Below are positions 30,487-40,213 of a stretch of DNA of 64,000 nucleotides, one piece after another. Source of the DNA: Acidobacteriota bacterium (lineage in GTDB: Bacteria; Acidobacteriota; UBA6911; RPQK01; JAJDTT01); the NCBI GenBank assembly GCA_965263035.1, contig OZ253580.1, positions 4,736,001 through 4,800,000 on the forward strand. The letters are read 5' to 3'. How positions within the stretch are numbered: the stretch's first letter is position 1; every line of letters starts with the position of its first letter. The notes under the pieces are model-generated. The model did no database searches and had not been told where the DNA came from. It saw only the letters and a program-made list of their open reading frames with translations. The position numbers and the translations under genes are program-made.

Positions 30487-30650
30487 TTTCCTGTCTCCTG
30501 TGCTTGTCATTCGGGCCTTGATGCCCTTGTATCCATTCAGGACATCGGGAAAGACGGTGGCCGACCTGACTGCTTTTCGGTTCGCAAAAGTCCGCGGCGG
30601 TACGGTCCAGCCACCGCCGTCCGGGTCGCTCATGAGCGACCCGGACGGCC
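30487..30650 (-). ncRNA. IS110 bridge RNA (5' hairpin, target-binding loop, donor-binding loop)
   Basis: 34-bp palindrome 30616..30649; guides ACCGCCGC, CAGG, ATGGATAC and GACAAG match the element's own target and donor junctions; ends approximate. Confidence 0.85.
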
Positions 30651-30667
30651 CCATTTAAACAGACAAG

Positions 30668-30772
30668 CGGCGGTTTCCAACCGCCGACTTCCCGAGCAAC
30701 CACCGCCCGACCAGCCCGCGGGCGCACGACGGAATGGGCGTGCCGGAATGGGCGACTGGAAATCGTCCCTCC
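30668..30772. repeat. REP doublet (BIME-like), left unit split by IS110
   Basis: CGGCGGTTTCCAACCGCC (30668..30685) and inverted GGGCGACTGGAAATCGTCCCTCC (30750..30772); same arrangement as 52509..52602. Confidence 0.8.
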
Positions 30773-30800
30773 AAGTCGCCCCTGGATTTTTCTCAGAGGT

Positions 30801-31601
30801 TCAATACGGCAGCAACCCGCCTTCGACGTTCATGGCGCTGGACGTGATGTAATCGGCGTCGTCAGAGCAGAGGAACGCCACCACGTTGGCCATGTCCTCC
30901 GGTTGCTGAATCCGGCCCAGGGGAATGCTGCCCACGGCTCCCGCCTTGATCGAGCCCTCGGGAACGTCCAGGATCCTGGCGGTCTCACGATCGATCAGGT
31001 CCCACATGGGAGTGTCGATGATGCCGCCGCAGATGCTGTTGACCAGGATCTGGTGGTCTGACAGCTCCAGACCCAGTTGCTTTCCGAAGCCGATCGCGGC
31101 GTGCTTGCTGGCGGCATAGGCCCCTAACGGGGTGTTCTTCCCCGGCGCGATCTTTCCGGCCCCCGAAGCGTTGATGATGATCCGCCCCCCGTGGCCTTGC
31201 CGGATCATCTGCCGAGCCGCAGCAGTGCAACAAAGGAAGACGCCCTTGGCGTTGACGGCCATCAGGCGGTCCCAGCTCGCTTCGTCGGTGTCGATCAGGC
31301 GTGCGACGATGCCGATCCCGGCATTGGCCACCAGGATGTCCAGCTTGCCGAAGGCTTCTACCGTCGCGGCAATCATGGCGTCGACGTCGCCGGATCGCGT
31401 CACGTCCGCCTGCAGACCCACGGCCTCCCCGCCCGCGGACCGAATCTCCGCCGCTGTCGACTCGGCGCCGTCCCGGTCAATGTCCGCCACCCCCACCCGG
31501 GCCCCTTCCCGGGCCAGACGCAGGGCAATGGCCCGGCCGATGCTGCGTCCGGCGCCGGTGACCAACGCTGTTTTCCCCTCGATTTCCGGATATCTGGCCA
31601 T
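30801..31601 (-). CDS. SDR family oxidoreductase
   Basis: TGAGRSIG, LVANAG, YAASK. Confidence 0.95.
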   Translation of the reverse strand: MARYPEIEGKTALVTGAGRSIGRAIALRLAREGARVGVADIDRDGAESTAAEIRSAGGEAVGLQADVTRSGDVDAMIAATVEAFGKLDILVANAGIGIVARLIDTDEASWDRLMAVNAKGVFLCCTAAARQMIRQGHGGRIIINASGAGKIAPGKNTPLGAYAASKHAAIGFGKQLGLELSDHQILVNSICGGIIDTPMWDLIDRETARILDVPEGSIKAGAVGSIPLGRIQQPEDMANVVAFLCSDDADYITSSAMNVEGGLLPY

Positions 31602-31644
31602 GGTGATCCGCTCCCCCGTCCGTGTTTCGGCCCGAGTCCCCTCT

Positions 31645-32106
31645 TCAGTCGGTGAACTCCATCAATTCCAGCACGAATCCATCCGGGTCCTTGAAGAAGA
31701 CGACCTTGAGCGCACCGTATTCCCACTCGTCTCCCAAGTCGAAAACAACCGGTTCGGAGACGAATTCCACTCCCGCTTCAGTGAGCTCGCGATAGGCTCG
31801 ATCCATATCCTTCACGCCAAAGCAGAAGTGCCCCTGGTTGGACATGCCCAGAACGGCGTTGGAGGGTTCTCCCGCGGGGTCGATGTAAAGCTGCAGGTCC
31901 ACCAGAATGCCGGGTGTTTCCGGAATGGCCAGTCGGACCACTTGCATCACCACGCCTTCCTTGGCCGCCATCTTGGAGATCATCTCCCCTTCCAACAGGT
32001 GCCGCTCGATCTCCTTGAAACCGAGCACGTCGCAGTAGAAACGGAGTGAGCGGTCCAGATCGCTGACGGTGACCGCGACGTGATCCAGATTCCTTACCCA
32101 ATTCAT
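31645..32106 (-). CDS. VOC/glyoxalase family protein
   Basis: LDHVAVTVSDLDRSLRFY, GHFCFGV, FFKDPDGFVLELME; SD AGGAGG before ATG 32106. Confidence 0.92.
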   Translation of the reverse strand: MNWVRNLDHVAVTVSDLDRSLRFYCDVLGFKEIERHLLEGEMISKMAAKEGVVMQVVRLAIPETPGILVDLQLYIDPAGEPSNAVLGMSNQGHFCFGVKDMDRAYRELTEAGVEFVSEPVVFDLGDEWEYGALKVVFFKDPDGFVLELMEFTD

Positions 32107-32387
32107 GCCAATCCTCCTGGTTGGAAACTCGTTTCGATCAGATCCGTGAGTCGCTCGGCCGGGACTCGGCGGACCGGCCGTCCTATTCCTTAGGAACGGG
32201 CCGATTATCAGTGACAAATGGAATTCAGATCAAGTCGGGTGCATGGTGCCATTGCCGCAGGGCGTTTTCGAGGCAGGAGGATAGGAACTCACTCCCAAGA
32301 GAGCAAAAAAACAGCCAGAATGAGCACGTTTCCCCGAAATTAGACCCCTCTGTGTTCAAGTCAGCCTCAGACAGGTCGAACGTCCTA

Positions 32388-33497
32388 TCAATCGCTCGAA
32401 TTCCCCGACTGAACCCGTATCATGTCCGACAAACGCACCTGCTCTGCATCGGCGCCACGGTGCAACATCACAATGTGGTCCGGTTCCGACATGAACCAAG
32501 CGAAGGAACTCCATGCCAACTCACTCACCGAGCCCTTGAACGCTGTGTCGTCCCGATCTGAGTAGGCTGTCACGAACGCCACTTGCTCCTCGCGGAACCC
32601 CGCTTCCGTCGCAATCGCCATTAACGATGTGAGCCGCGCCTCACTCACCGGCCCGGCCGTCGCAACAACCTCCACAAACACCAACAGAGGCTCGGTCGGT
32701 CCGAGGTCCACCAAGATAAGGTCCGGTAAATTCCGGTCTGGCTGGATCGTTAGGCCGATGGCCTGTGCCAGTTGGTCATCCCGCGCAACTACCTGATTTC
32801 GGCTCTCGCTCAGCCAGATCACACCCGGCTGTTCAAGGAAACGCGGCGCAAAATCTTCGACCACGGCTCTTGAGATCACAGAACTCGGCCCGGGCTCCAT
32901 ATGGCGGGTTTCCCCGCTCGGGAACGTCACAAGCACTCCTACCTGGCGGGCCACAGCGCCTCGGCGCACAATCGCCACCCGCGCCAATGCGCCCGCGGAC
33001 AGGTTTGTCGACTGCCATTCCTCGATTGCTGCTTGCAGCGCCTGTCCCGTCAAGCCGGAATCGAACAGAGATGCGAATTCCTCAGCCAATGCATAGCGCG
33101 GACGCGGCGACGTCGTCGGAAGCCCTTCGCGCTCCTTCACTGCGCCCATTCGCACCAATCCCTCGCGCAACGTCTCATCACGGATCGGCTCACGTGTATT
33201 CACTGCATACCACCGCCCCCCGATATTGCCTGCGGATGCGCGCATCGACTCCTTCAACCAGGCCTCCCGGTCCGCATCTTCTGCCAATGTCGCCTGCGCG
33301 TCAGTCATCCGTGTCACTTGATCCGGTCGGAGCCAGCACTCCGCACCCTCGACAGCACCGATGTACAGCATGACAAATACCGTCTTCGCCGCGATCTCAC
33401 GGGTTACGTAATTTCGATTCGCTGTTCCATGGGGAAAAATCGTCCGCAGCCGTTCATGGATATCGGGTACTGGCAACAACGGCGGTAATGGCATCAC
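32388..33497 (-). CDS. BsuBI/PstI-family type II restriction endonuclease
   Basis: YAVNTREPIRDETL, PTTSPRPRY, GPSSVISRAVVEDFAPRF, LPDLILVD...FVEVVATAGPV. Confidence 0.88.
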   Translation of the reverse strand: MMPLPPLLPVPDIHERLRTIFPHGTANRNYVTREIAAKTVFVMLYIGAVEGAECWLRPDQVTRMTDAQATLAEDADREAWLKESMRASAGNIGGRWYAVNTREPIRDETLREGLVRMGAVKEREGLPTTSPRPRYALAEEFASLFDSGLTGQALQAAIEEWQSTNLSAGALARVAIVRRGAVARQVGVLVTFPSGETRHMEPGPSSVISRAVVEDFAPRFLEQPGVIWLSESRNQVVARDDQLAQAIGLTIQPDRNLPDLILVDLGPTEPLLVFVEVVATAGPVSEARLTSLMAIATEAGFREEQVAFVTAYSDRDDTAFKGSVSELAWSSFAWFMSEPDHIVMLHRGADAEQVRLSDMIRVQSGNSSD

Positions 33498-35395
33498 CCG
33501 GTCCCGCTGATGTACAGACGTTCCACTGCACGTTCCAGCGTCTCGCGCGTCACACGTTTCTTCATCAGCCGCTCAATTTTCTTTATGTCTCCCGGTGGCG
33601 GCAACGGCAGCGCTCCTAGCTCATAGGCCGACACCGCGACGCTGCCGTTGATGCATCGGAATACCTGATCGACCACGTTGCTATTCAACAGAACGGCCAA
33701 CGCCGCCGGCGCCACGCGCGGAGTGCCGTTGAGCGGCTTGATCATGTTCAGGTGATTCTCGATAACGACCGCGCCATGGTCCTCGATGAACGTTGCCGGC
33801 AGTTCCGCCGCAATTAAGCGCCGGCATTGTTCCTTCGCTGTCGTCCTTTGCAACAACACGCACGGGAAATCTGTCACCACCCAGAATTCGTTTGTTCTCG
33901 GCTCGAAATAAGGCTTGTGATTTCGCTTTTCCGCCCGGAACTTGAACACACCTTCCGATCGAACCGATTCCGCCCACACCAACGGATAACGCCCCTTACC
34001 GGGTCGGTCCCGCAGACTCGGCTTGTGCCGGTTCCAGACCAGTGGTCCCGTGCTCACTTTGTAGCCATAATCGGCCAATCGGTACGGCAACATACCTGCC
34101 TGACTCACCAGCGCGTTCTGTGCTTCGGTTCGCGGCATCAGCCATGGCTGATCCGGGTTTTCAGGCAAGTTGAATGTCCCTGCTGTGGTCGCTTTGATCG
34201 AGCCGTCCGGCCCCTCTGAGAGGTGGTGAACTCTTCCGACACCTGGATCGCCACCGCGTTGATACGTCGCCAACAGCGCTTCCTGCAACACATCAGCAAA
34301 GACACCCTTGCGCTTCCCGATGAAGTCAATGCTCACCGGCGGCGCTTCCCGGCCAAGCAGACCGCGGAGCGCCTTGAAATACTCACCAGCAAGGAAGCTT
34401 GTCGGAGTCACGTATGCAATGACCCCGCCCGGCCGCGTGAAGCGAAGCGCCAAGTCAGTGAATACGCCATAGAGGTTCGCATGTCCAAAGAGGCTGCGGC
34501 GAAACTTCTCACGCAACTCCGGCGACAGCGTGATGCGTCCGTAAGGAGGATTACCGACCACCAGTTCAAAGCCTTTGCCCACGGGCGCCTGCTCGAGGCT
34601 GTCGCACACTCGCACAACGGAATGCAGACGTGTCCCTGCCTCGCTGCATAGGTCTCCGAGCGTCACATCGAGGAACACTTGCGATATCCAAGCCGCAAAC
34701 GGGTCCCGCTCGAACCCGCTCAATCGGCGCTGAATGTTCTTGAGCGCGATCTTGGGGCTGCTCTCTTTATGGCTTTCTGCCATCCGTCGTGCCACCGGCG
34801 CCAGGAATGCACCCGCGCCACAGGCTGGGTCGAGCACTCTCGCTGAACGCCAATCGACACCGGCCTCCGTCGCCATGTCCAGCAGCCGCTCGCACAGCGC
34901 CGGCGGGGTGTAATAGGCTCCCAACCGCGCCCGGAACCTGGCCGGCATCATTCCGGTGTACAGCACTCCAATCATGTAGCTGGCGTCCAGGACATCCAAC
35001 CCGGCCGCAGCCCTTCCGATGCTCTCCGCTTGATCGTCGGCCTCCGCCGGTACTGAAGAGACACCGATGTCCGTAGGCAGTTCGCACAACGACCAATCAC
35101 GACCGGACACCGCCTGGAGTTCTTTCCAATAGGCAGACACCACGCCAAATACGACCGCCCGCGCAAAGTCCAGCCTATTTTCATCCTTGACAGAGGACGC
35201 GAGCTTTCTGGCACTCAATGATCCGTCTTTCACAATTTCCCGGGCTGATGTTTCCGGGATCCCCCGTGCATCTTCAATCAGGTTCATCGATGTTGTAGCC
35301 ACGATGCCTCGATCATTGACTGGTGTCCCAACCAAACCAGAAAAACCGTTGTTTTTCGGGGAGGGTTGACGACTCTCTGCAATAGCGGTCCTCAT
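33494..35395 (-). CDS. Gamma-class N6-adenine DNA methyltransferase (Eco57I/BsuBI-like), cognate of the adjacent REase
   Basis: GAYYTPP, VLDPACGAGAF, VVGNPPY, NLYGVF, ENHLN; start uncertain. Confidence 0.93.
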   Translation of the reverse strand: MRTAIAESRQPSPKNNGFSGLVGTPVNDRGIVATTSMNLIEDARGIPETSAREIVKDGSLSARKLASSVKDENRLDFARAVVFGVVSAYWKELQAVSGRDWSLCELPTDIGVSSVPAEADDQAESIGRAAAGLDVLDASYMIGVLYTGMMPARFRARLGAYYTPPALCERLLDMATEAGVDWRSARVLDPACGAGAFLAPVARRMAESHKESSPKIALKNIQRRLSGFERDPFAAWISQVFLDVTLGDLCSEAGTRLHSVVRVCDSLEQAPVGKGFELVVGNPPYGRITLSPELREKFRRSLFGHANLYGVFTDLALRFTRPGGVIAYVTPTSFLAGEYFKALRGLLGREAPPVSIDFIGKRKGVFADVLQEALLATYQRGGDPGVGRVHHLSEGPDGSIKATTAGTFNLPENPDQPWLMPRTEAQNALVSQAGMLPYRLADYGYKVSTGPLVWNRHKPSLRDRPGKGRYPLVWAESVRSEGVFKFRAEKRNHKPYFEPRTNEFWVVTDFPCVLLQRTTAKEQCRRLIAAELPATFIEDHGAVVIENHLNMIKPLNGTPRVAPAALAVLLNSNVVDQVFRCINGSVAVSAYELGALPLPPPGDIKKIERLMKKRVTRETLERAVERLYISGTG

Positions 35396-35505
35396 GATTG
35401 ACGGATTCGCGATGTTTGGCTGCCGCTGGGTTCCCCGATCAGTCGAGACGCACTCGACCGCAGTCTTGCACCAACATGCTACCGAAGCCGCCTGACCTCA
35501 TCCTG

Positions 35506-35648
35506 GGCGAAAGTCGTCACGGCATTCGACCGGGCTTGCGTCGTGTCGGACGGTATTGCTCTTCGGTCACATTCACCCGGAATGTGCCCTCGTCGCGCCT
35601 TGTCTGGCAGGTGCATCCCGGGTTGTATTGCCTTGCACGACTTTCACC
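35506..35648. mobile_element. MITE-like family 2, copy A
   Basis: Ends GGCGAAAGTCGT...ACGACTTTCACC are inverted repeats; colinear with 56689..56833. Confidence 0.7.
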
Positions 35649-35673
35649 GGCGGACTGCTTATACTCCTCCTCC

Positions 35674-37017
35674 ATGGTACGCACACACTACCTCTACCTC
35701 GTGGCCCTGGTGGCGGCCGTCGGTGGATTCATCTTCGGATACGACCTTTCCATCATCGCCGGCGCCAGCCTCTTCCTGAAGGAAGAGTTCGCCCTGAGCC
35801 CGTTCTGGCTGGGATTTGCCGTCAGCAGCGCCGTCATCGGGTGCATCATCGGGCCGCTGTTCGGAGGCGGTCTCACCGATCGTTGGGGTAGAAAGAAGAC
35901 TCTCTTCTTTTGCGCGATCCTGTTCGGAGTCTCGGCCATCGGGACGGCGCTGCCCCGGACCATGACGGAGTTCTATATCTTCCGGATCGTGGGCGGAATC
36001 GGCGTGGGCTTGGCCTCCATCATCTCCCCCATGTACATCGCCGAGGTGGCGCCGGCCCGGATGCGGGGACGGCTGGTTCTGGTCAACCAGGTGGCCATCG
36101 TGGTCGGTTCGTTGTCCTCCATCATCGTCTCCTACTATCTCTCTCTGATCGGATCCTGGCGTTGGATGTTCGCGTCCGAGCTGGTGCCCATCGTGATTCT
36201 GCTGGTGGGCCTGGCCTTCATCCCCGAAAGCCCCAGGTGGTTCGCCCAGGTGAATCGGAAGGAGGAAGCCCGGGACGTGCTGACCCGGATCGGCGGCAGC
36301 GCGTACGCCGCGGCGGAGTTGGAGGAGATCGCCCGGTCGTTGAGAAAGAAGATGGGTAGCTTCCGGGACCTGCTCCGGCCCGGTATGAGGACCGCGCTGT
36401 TCATCGCCCTGACCCTCGCCGTCCTGCAGCAGTTGAGCGGGACCAGTCCTCTGCTGTTCCACACTCCCCTCATCTTTCAGCGGGCGGGGTTCGAGAACAT
36501 TTCCGACGCCATTCTGCAGTCCATCATCGTCAACGTCTGGAACCTGACCTGGACCTGCATCGGACTCTGGGCCGTGGATCGTTACGGCAGGCGCCCGCTG
36601 CTGATGGCAGGAACCTCCGCCATGGCGGTGGGCTTCCTGCTCATGGGCATCTTCTTTTACTACGATCTGGCCGGGATCTTTCTCCTGCTCACCATGTTTC
36701 TGGTGGTGGGCGGCTACGTGATCAGCCTGGCGCCTCTGGCCTGGTTGATCATGTCCGAGATCTTTCCCACGCATCTGCGGGCCAAGGCCATGCGGGTGGC
36801 GGCGCTGGGCCTCTGGGTGTCGGCCTATCTGGGCGCTCAGTTGTTGCCCCCCATGATGTCCTACTTCAAGGAGAGCCTGGGCACCGAAGCGCACGCGTTT
36901 TGGATCTTCATGGCCGTCTGTATCTTTGCCGTCGTATTCGGATGGAAAATGGTCCCCGAGACCAAGGGCCGGTCCCTGGAAGAGATCGGCCGGTCGTGGA
37001 CCCGGAACCTGAAATAG
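35674..37017 (+). CDS. Sugar porter family MFS transporter
   Basis: GGFIFGYD, DRWGRK, PMYIAEVAP..RGRL, PESPRW, DRYGRR, SEIFP, PETKG. Confidence 0.96.
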   Translation: MVRTHYLYLVALVAAVGGFIFGYDLSIIAGASLFLKEEFALSPFWLGFAVSSAVIGCIIGPLFGGGLTDRWGRKKTLFFCAILFGVSAIGTALPRTMTEFYIFRIVGGIGVGLASIISPMYIAEVAPARMRGRLVLVNQVAIVVGSLSSIIVSYYLSLIGSWRWMFASELVPIVILLVGLAFIPESPRWFAQVNRKEEARDVLTRIGGSAYAAAELEEIARSLRKKMGSFRDLLRPGMRTALFIALTLAVLQQLSGTSPLLFHTPLIFQRAGFENISDAILQSIIVNVWNLTWTCIGLWAVDRYGRRPLLMAGTSAMAVGFLLMGIFFYYDLAGIFLLLTMFLVVGGYVISLAPLAWLIMSEIFPTHLRAKAMRVAALGLWVSAYLGAQLLPPMMSYFKESLGTEAHAFWIFMAVCIFAVVFGWKMVPETKGRSLEEIGRSWTRNLK

Positions 37018-37054
37018 CCTCGCAAGAGGTCCCGTCCCTGCCGGAGGCTGGAAC

Positions 37055-38302
37055 ATGTTCTTCAACCAGGCGAGGGCCAGAACCTTCATGCAGGAGTGCG
37101 GTCTCGACGCACTTGTCGCCGCCTCCCATCTGAGCATCACCTATTTCACCGGTTATTTCTGCTGGCTGGACCCCACCATTCGGGGCTATATGCTGCAGCC
37201 GGGAGCCCCGGCCAGCCTGGCGCTTCCCGGTTACGCGGTCTTTCCGTTGGAGGGGGAGCCGGCGCTGGTGCTCAATCCTCTCTTCGCCGTCAACGGTGCG
37301 GACCTCTGGGTCCGCGACCTCCATGTCTTCGGCGCCTCGGGCGTGGACGGAACCCTCACCTCCGACGTGCTGCCGGACAATTACCGCCGGATCCACGACC
37401 TGTTGCTGGAGCCGCCGCGGGCGTCCAGCTCCCTGGAGGCGTTGGTGCGCATCCTGGAAGCCAGGGGCCTGACCGAGGGACGGCTCGGCGTGGAGTTGGA
37501 AGGCCTGACAACGGACCGGAAGGAAGAGCTGGCCCAGGCACTTCCAGGAGCCGCCCTGCTCGACGCATCGAACCTGATCCGACTGATCCGGATGGTCAAG
37601 AACGATTACGAAATCGACCTGCTGACCCAATCGGCAGCCATCAATGAGCAGGCGGGGATGCAGGTCCTTTCGGAAGCGCGACCGGGAACGACCCTGGGAG
37701 AAATGAATGACCGTTACCGGGTCCTGGCGGCCCGGGAGGGCGCCGACTTCGATCACTTCTGTATCGGATTGGGCGGGCTCGGCATGGCGACCGAACCGGA
37801 CTACGCCCTGGGCGAAGACGACGTCATGATGGTGGACTTCGGTTGCATCTACCGGCGTTGCTTCTCGGACACCGGGACCACCCTGGCCCTGAAGGAGCTG
37901 CCCGATCCCCTGATGCGCCGGTTCGAAGCGGTTCGGGACTGTGTTGCGGCGGGGGTGGATGCGATGCGGCCCGGCGTCCGCTGTTCGGCCGTGAGAGGGG
38001 CCATGTGGCAGGTGCTGGAAGAGTTGGGATTGACCGCTTCCTATCCCCATGGCCACGGGGTCGGTCTTGACGTGCGGGACTATCCCACCGTTGTGGCCGA
38101 CAATGGCTTGCGGGTGAGCGACGACTGCATCGACGTGGCCTCGGACATGCCCTTGGAAGAGGACATGGTCCTGAACCTGGAGGCGTCCATGTTCCTCCCG
38201 GGAGTCGGTTCGCTGCAGATGGAGCATTCCCTGGTGGTCACCGCAGACGGATGCCGCAATCTTGTGCCCCAGGATCGATCGCGGCCATTCATACTCCGTT
38301 GA
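37055..38302 (+). CDS. Xaa-Pro peptidase (M24) family protein
   Basis: IRMVKNDYEI, VDFG...SDTGTT, HGHGVGL, LNLE. Confidence 0.9.
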   Translation: MFFNQARARTFMQECGLDALVAASHLSITYFTGYFCWLDPTIRGYMLQPGAPASLALPGYAVFPLEGEPALVLNPLFAVNGADLWVRDLHVFGASGVDGTLTSDVLPDNYRRIHDLLLEPPRASSSLEALVRILEARGLTEGRLGVELEGLTTDRKEELAQALPGAALLDASNLIRLIRMVKNDYEIDLLTQSAAINEQAGMQVLSEARPGTTLGEMNDRYRVLAAREGADFDHFCIGLGGLGMATEPDYALGEDDVMMVDFGCIYRRCFSDTGTTLALKELPDPLMRRFEAVRDCVAAGVDAMRPGVRCSAVRGAMWQVLEELGLTASYPHGHGVGLDVRDYPTVVADNGLRVSDDCIDVASDMPLEEDMVLNLEASMFLPGVGSLQMEHSLVVTADGCRNLVPQDRSRPFILR

Positions 38303-38333
38303 GGGTCCGTGTCCAGTCGACGGCAACAAAAGG

Positions 38334-39107
38334 GTGGCTGAACCCCTCGATCCCCACACGGCCGGGGAGATCCGAAAGCGAAGCCGAACCTTCTTCGAAG
38401 AGGAGCTGGATCGCTACAACGACGTATCCCCGCCATCCATCCAGGATGACGACCGGACCCGGCGACTGCTCGAATCGTTGCCGGTGTCATCCGAGGCCAA
38501 GCTGATCGACATCGGCTGCGGCACCGGCATCGTCGCATCACACTTGAGACGACTCTACCCGCAAGCGGACGTGTGCGGCATCGATATTTCTCCCAGGGTC
38601 ACGGCCAGAGCCAAGGAATTGGACCGCACCGGGAGCATCGATTTCGTCGTGGCGACGGAGTCGGAACTCCCGTTCCCCGACTCCGTGTTCGACTCTGCCG
38701 TGTGCCGATTCTCGCTCCACCACTATCCCGACTTGGCCGCCCACTTCCGGGAGGTTCGCAGGATTCTCAAAACCGGTGGAATCTATCTGATCGTCGAGGT
38801 TCTTCCCGAGGCCGGCCCGTTTCAGGCGATGCTGAATGACGTGTTTGCCGCCGCGGAGCGGGAATCGACCGGCCACGTGGCCTACTATTCGCTGGAGGAT
38901 TACAAGGAACTGCTTCCGCACGCGAAGCTGAAGTTACGGTCGGTCCGGCCCTTCCCCCTCCAATTGAAGATGGGCAAATATCTGACCCACTGCCGAGAGA
39001 TCCGGAAGACGCCGGCGTCCTTCCAGAAACGGATCTCGTTTGAGGAAAGGGACGACTGGTTTTCAGTCCGACTGCCAGCGGCGGGACTGTATGCCGAAGC
39101 CGAGTGA
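38334..39107 (+). CDS. Class I SAM-dependent methyltransferase
   Basis: LIDIGCGTG, GIDIS, LPFPDSVFD, RILKTGG; start uncertain. Confidence 0.9.
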   Translation: MAEPLDPHTAGEIRKRSRTFFEEELDRYNDVSPPSIQDDDRTRRLLESLPVSSEAKLIDIGCGTGIVASHLRRLYPQADVCGIDISPRVTARAKELDRTGSIDFVVATESELPFPDSVFDSAVCRFSLHHYPDLAAHFREVRRILKTGGIYLIVEVLPEAGPFQAMLNDVFAAAERESTGHVAYYSLEDYKELLPHAKLKLRSVRPFPLQLKMGKYLTHCREIRKTPASFQKRISFEERDDWFSVRLPAAGLYAEAE

Positions 39108-39168
39108 GAAGCCGCCACGCCTGGAAGTCAGCGACGACGGCCGGGAGGGACCGCCGGCTCGGTGCTCG

Positions 39169-40149
39169 TCACTGATCGATACGGTACAGGGGCTCCAGTC
39201 CCGCCGCGATCCGGTCCAGGTTCTCGGCCGCGCACGCCGCCCGCTTGCGCGAGGTGCCGTCGGTGACCCCGGCGATGTGGGGTGTGGTCACCGCATTCGG
39301 CAATCGGAAGATGGCTGAGGAAAGATCGGGCGGTTCCTGGCTGTAGACGTCGATCCCGGCGCCCCCAATCCAGCCTTCCACCAGGGCCTGCTCCAGAGCC
39401 GCCTCGTCCACCAATTCTCCGCGGGACACGTTGACCAGGAATGCGGTGGACTTCATCAGCTTCAGCCGGCGGGTGTCGATGACGTGCCGGGTCTCCTGGT
39501 TGAGATGCAGATGCAGGGAGACGACGTCCGATTGGGCGATGACGTCGTCCATGTCGGACGGTTTCCCGGCGAACTCCAGCCCCAGCTCGCTCACCTCATC
39601 CGCACCGATGTCGCGAATGTCGATGGCGAGAGTCTTCATCCCGAAGCCCGGAGCGCGTTTCGCCAGCTCGATACCGCTGGCCCCCAAGCCGAGAATACCC
39701 AGTTTCCACCCGACCATCTCGGCGCCGAGCGGCTTGTAGAGTTCGCCGCCGGCCAGGATCTCCTTCGATTCCTGGTACCTGCGGGCCAGCATCAGAATGA
39801 ACATCATGGCGCAGTCGGCCAGGGCCACGGCGCTGAAGGCTCCGGGGCAATTGGAAACCGGCATGCCCTTGGCCTTCCAGTATTCGAGGTCGAAGTGGTC
39901 GAACCCGGTCCCCAGGACCTGCCAATGACGGACCTTGCCGGCCGCGGCCAGATCGACCATCTCCCGGGTTCCCACCGATCCGCCGTGATCGATGACGGCA
40001 TCGATGCCTTCGAACTGCGGGGCCAGGGGCTGCTCGTAGTCGGCGATGCGCAGGTCGTGATTCTTCGTCACGGCGCTGACCAGGTCGGTTCCCCAGCGCT
40101 CGAACAAATCGGGTAGGGGCAGGAACAGCACCTTCAGTCTTTCACTCAT
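39169..40149 (-). CDS. D-2-hydroxyacid dehydrogenase family protein
   Basis: GTGFDHFD, GILGLGASG, LVNVSRG, IDVYSQEP, TPHIAG. Confidence 0.95.
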   Translation of the reverse strand: MSERLKVLFLPLPDLFERWGTDLVSAVTKNHDLRIADYEQPLAPQFEGIDAVIDHGGSVGTREMVDLAAAGKVRHWQVLGTGFDHFDLEYWKAKGMPVSNCPGAFSAVALADCAMMFILMLARRYQESKEILAGGELYKPLGAEMVGWKLGILGLGASGIELAKRAPGFGMKTLAIDIRDIGADEVSELGLEFAGKPSDMDDVIAQSDVVSLHLHLNQETRHVIDTRRLKLMKSTAFLVNVSRGELVDEAALEQALVEGWIGGAGIDVYSQEPPDLSSAIFRLPNAVTTPHIAGVTDGTSRKRAACAAENLDRIAAGLEPLYRIDQ

Positions 40150-40213
40150 CTTTCGGTCCTCTTCTCAGTGGGTCGCCTGACTTCCATTCGCGGGGTAGAC
40201 TACTAAAGCGTTT

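Larger units (their letters stand above)
29112..30667 (-). mobile_element. IS110-family element inserted in a REP (CT core at both junctions)
   Basis: Core at 29112-29113 and 30666-30667; removing the element rebuilds GGAGCGGCGGTTTCCAACCGCC, identical to the REP at 52581..52602; no TIRs. Confidence 0.92.

Noticed and set aside
35398-35673. N-terminal extension of the MFS ORF
   Set aside because: Read-through across a MITE-like repeat; transporter similarity starts at ATG 35674
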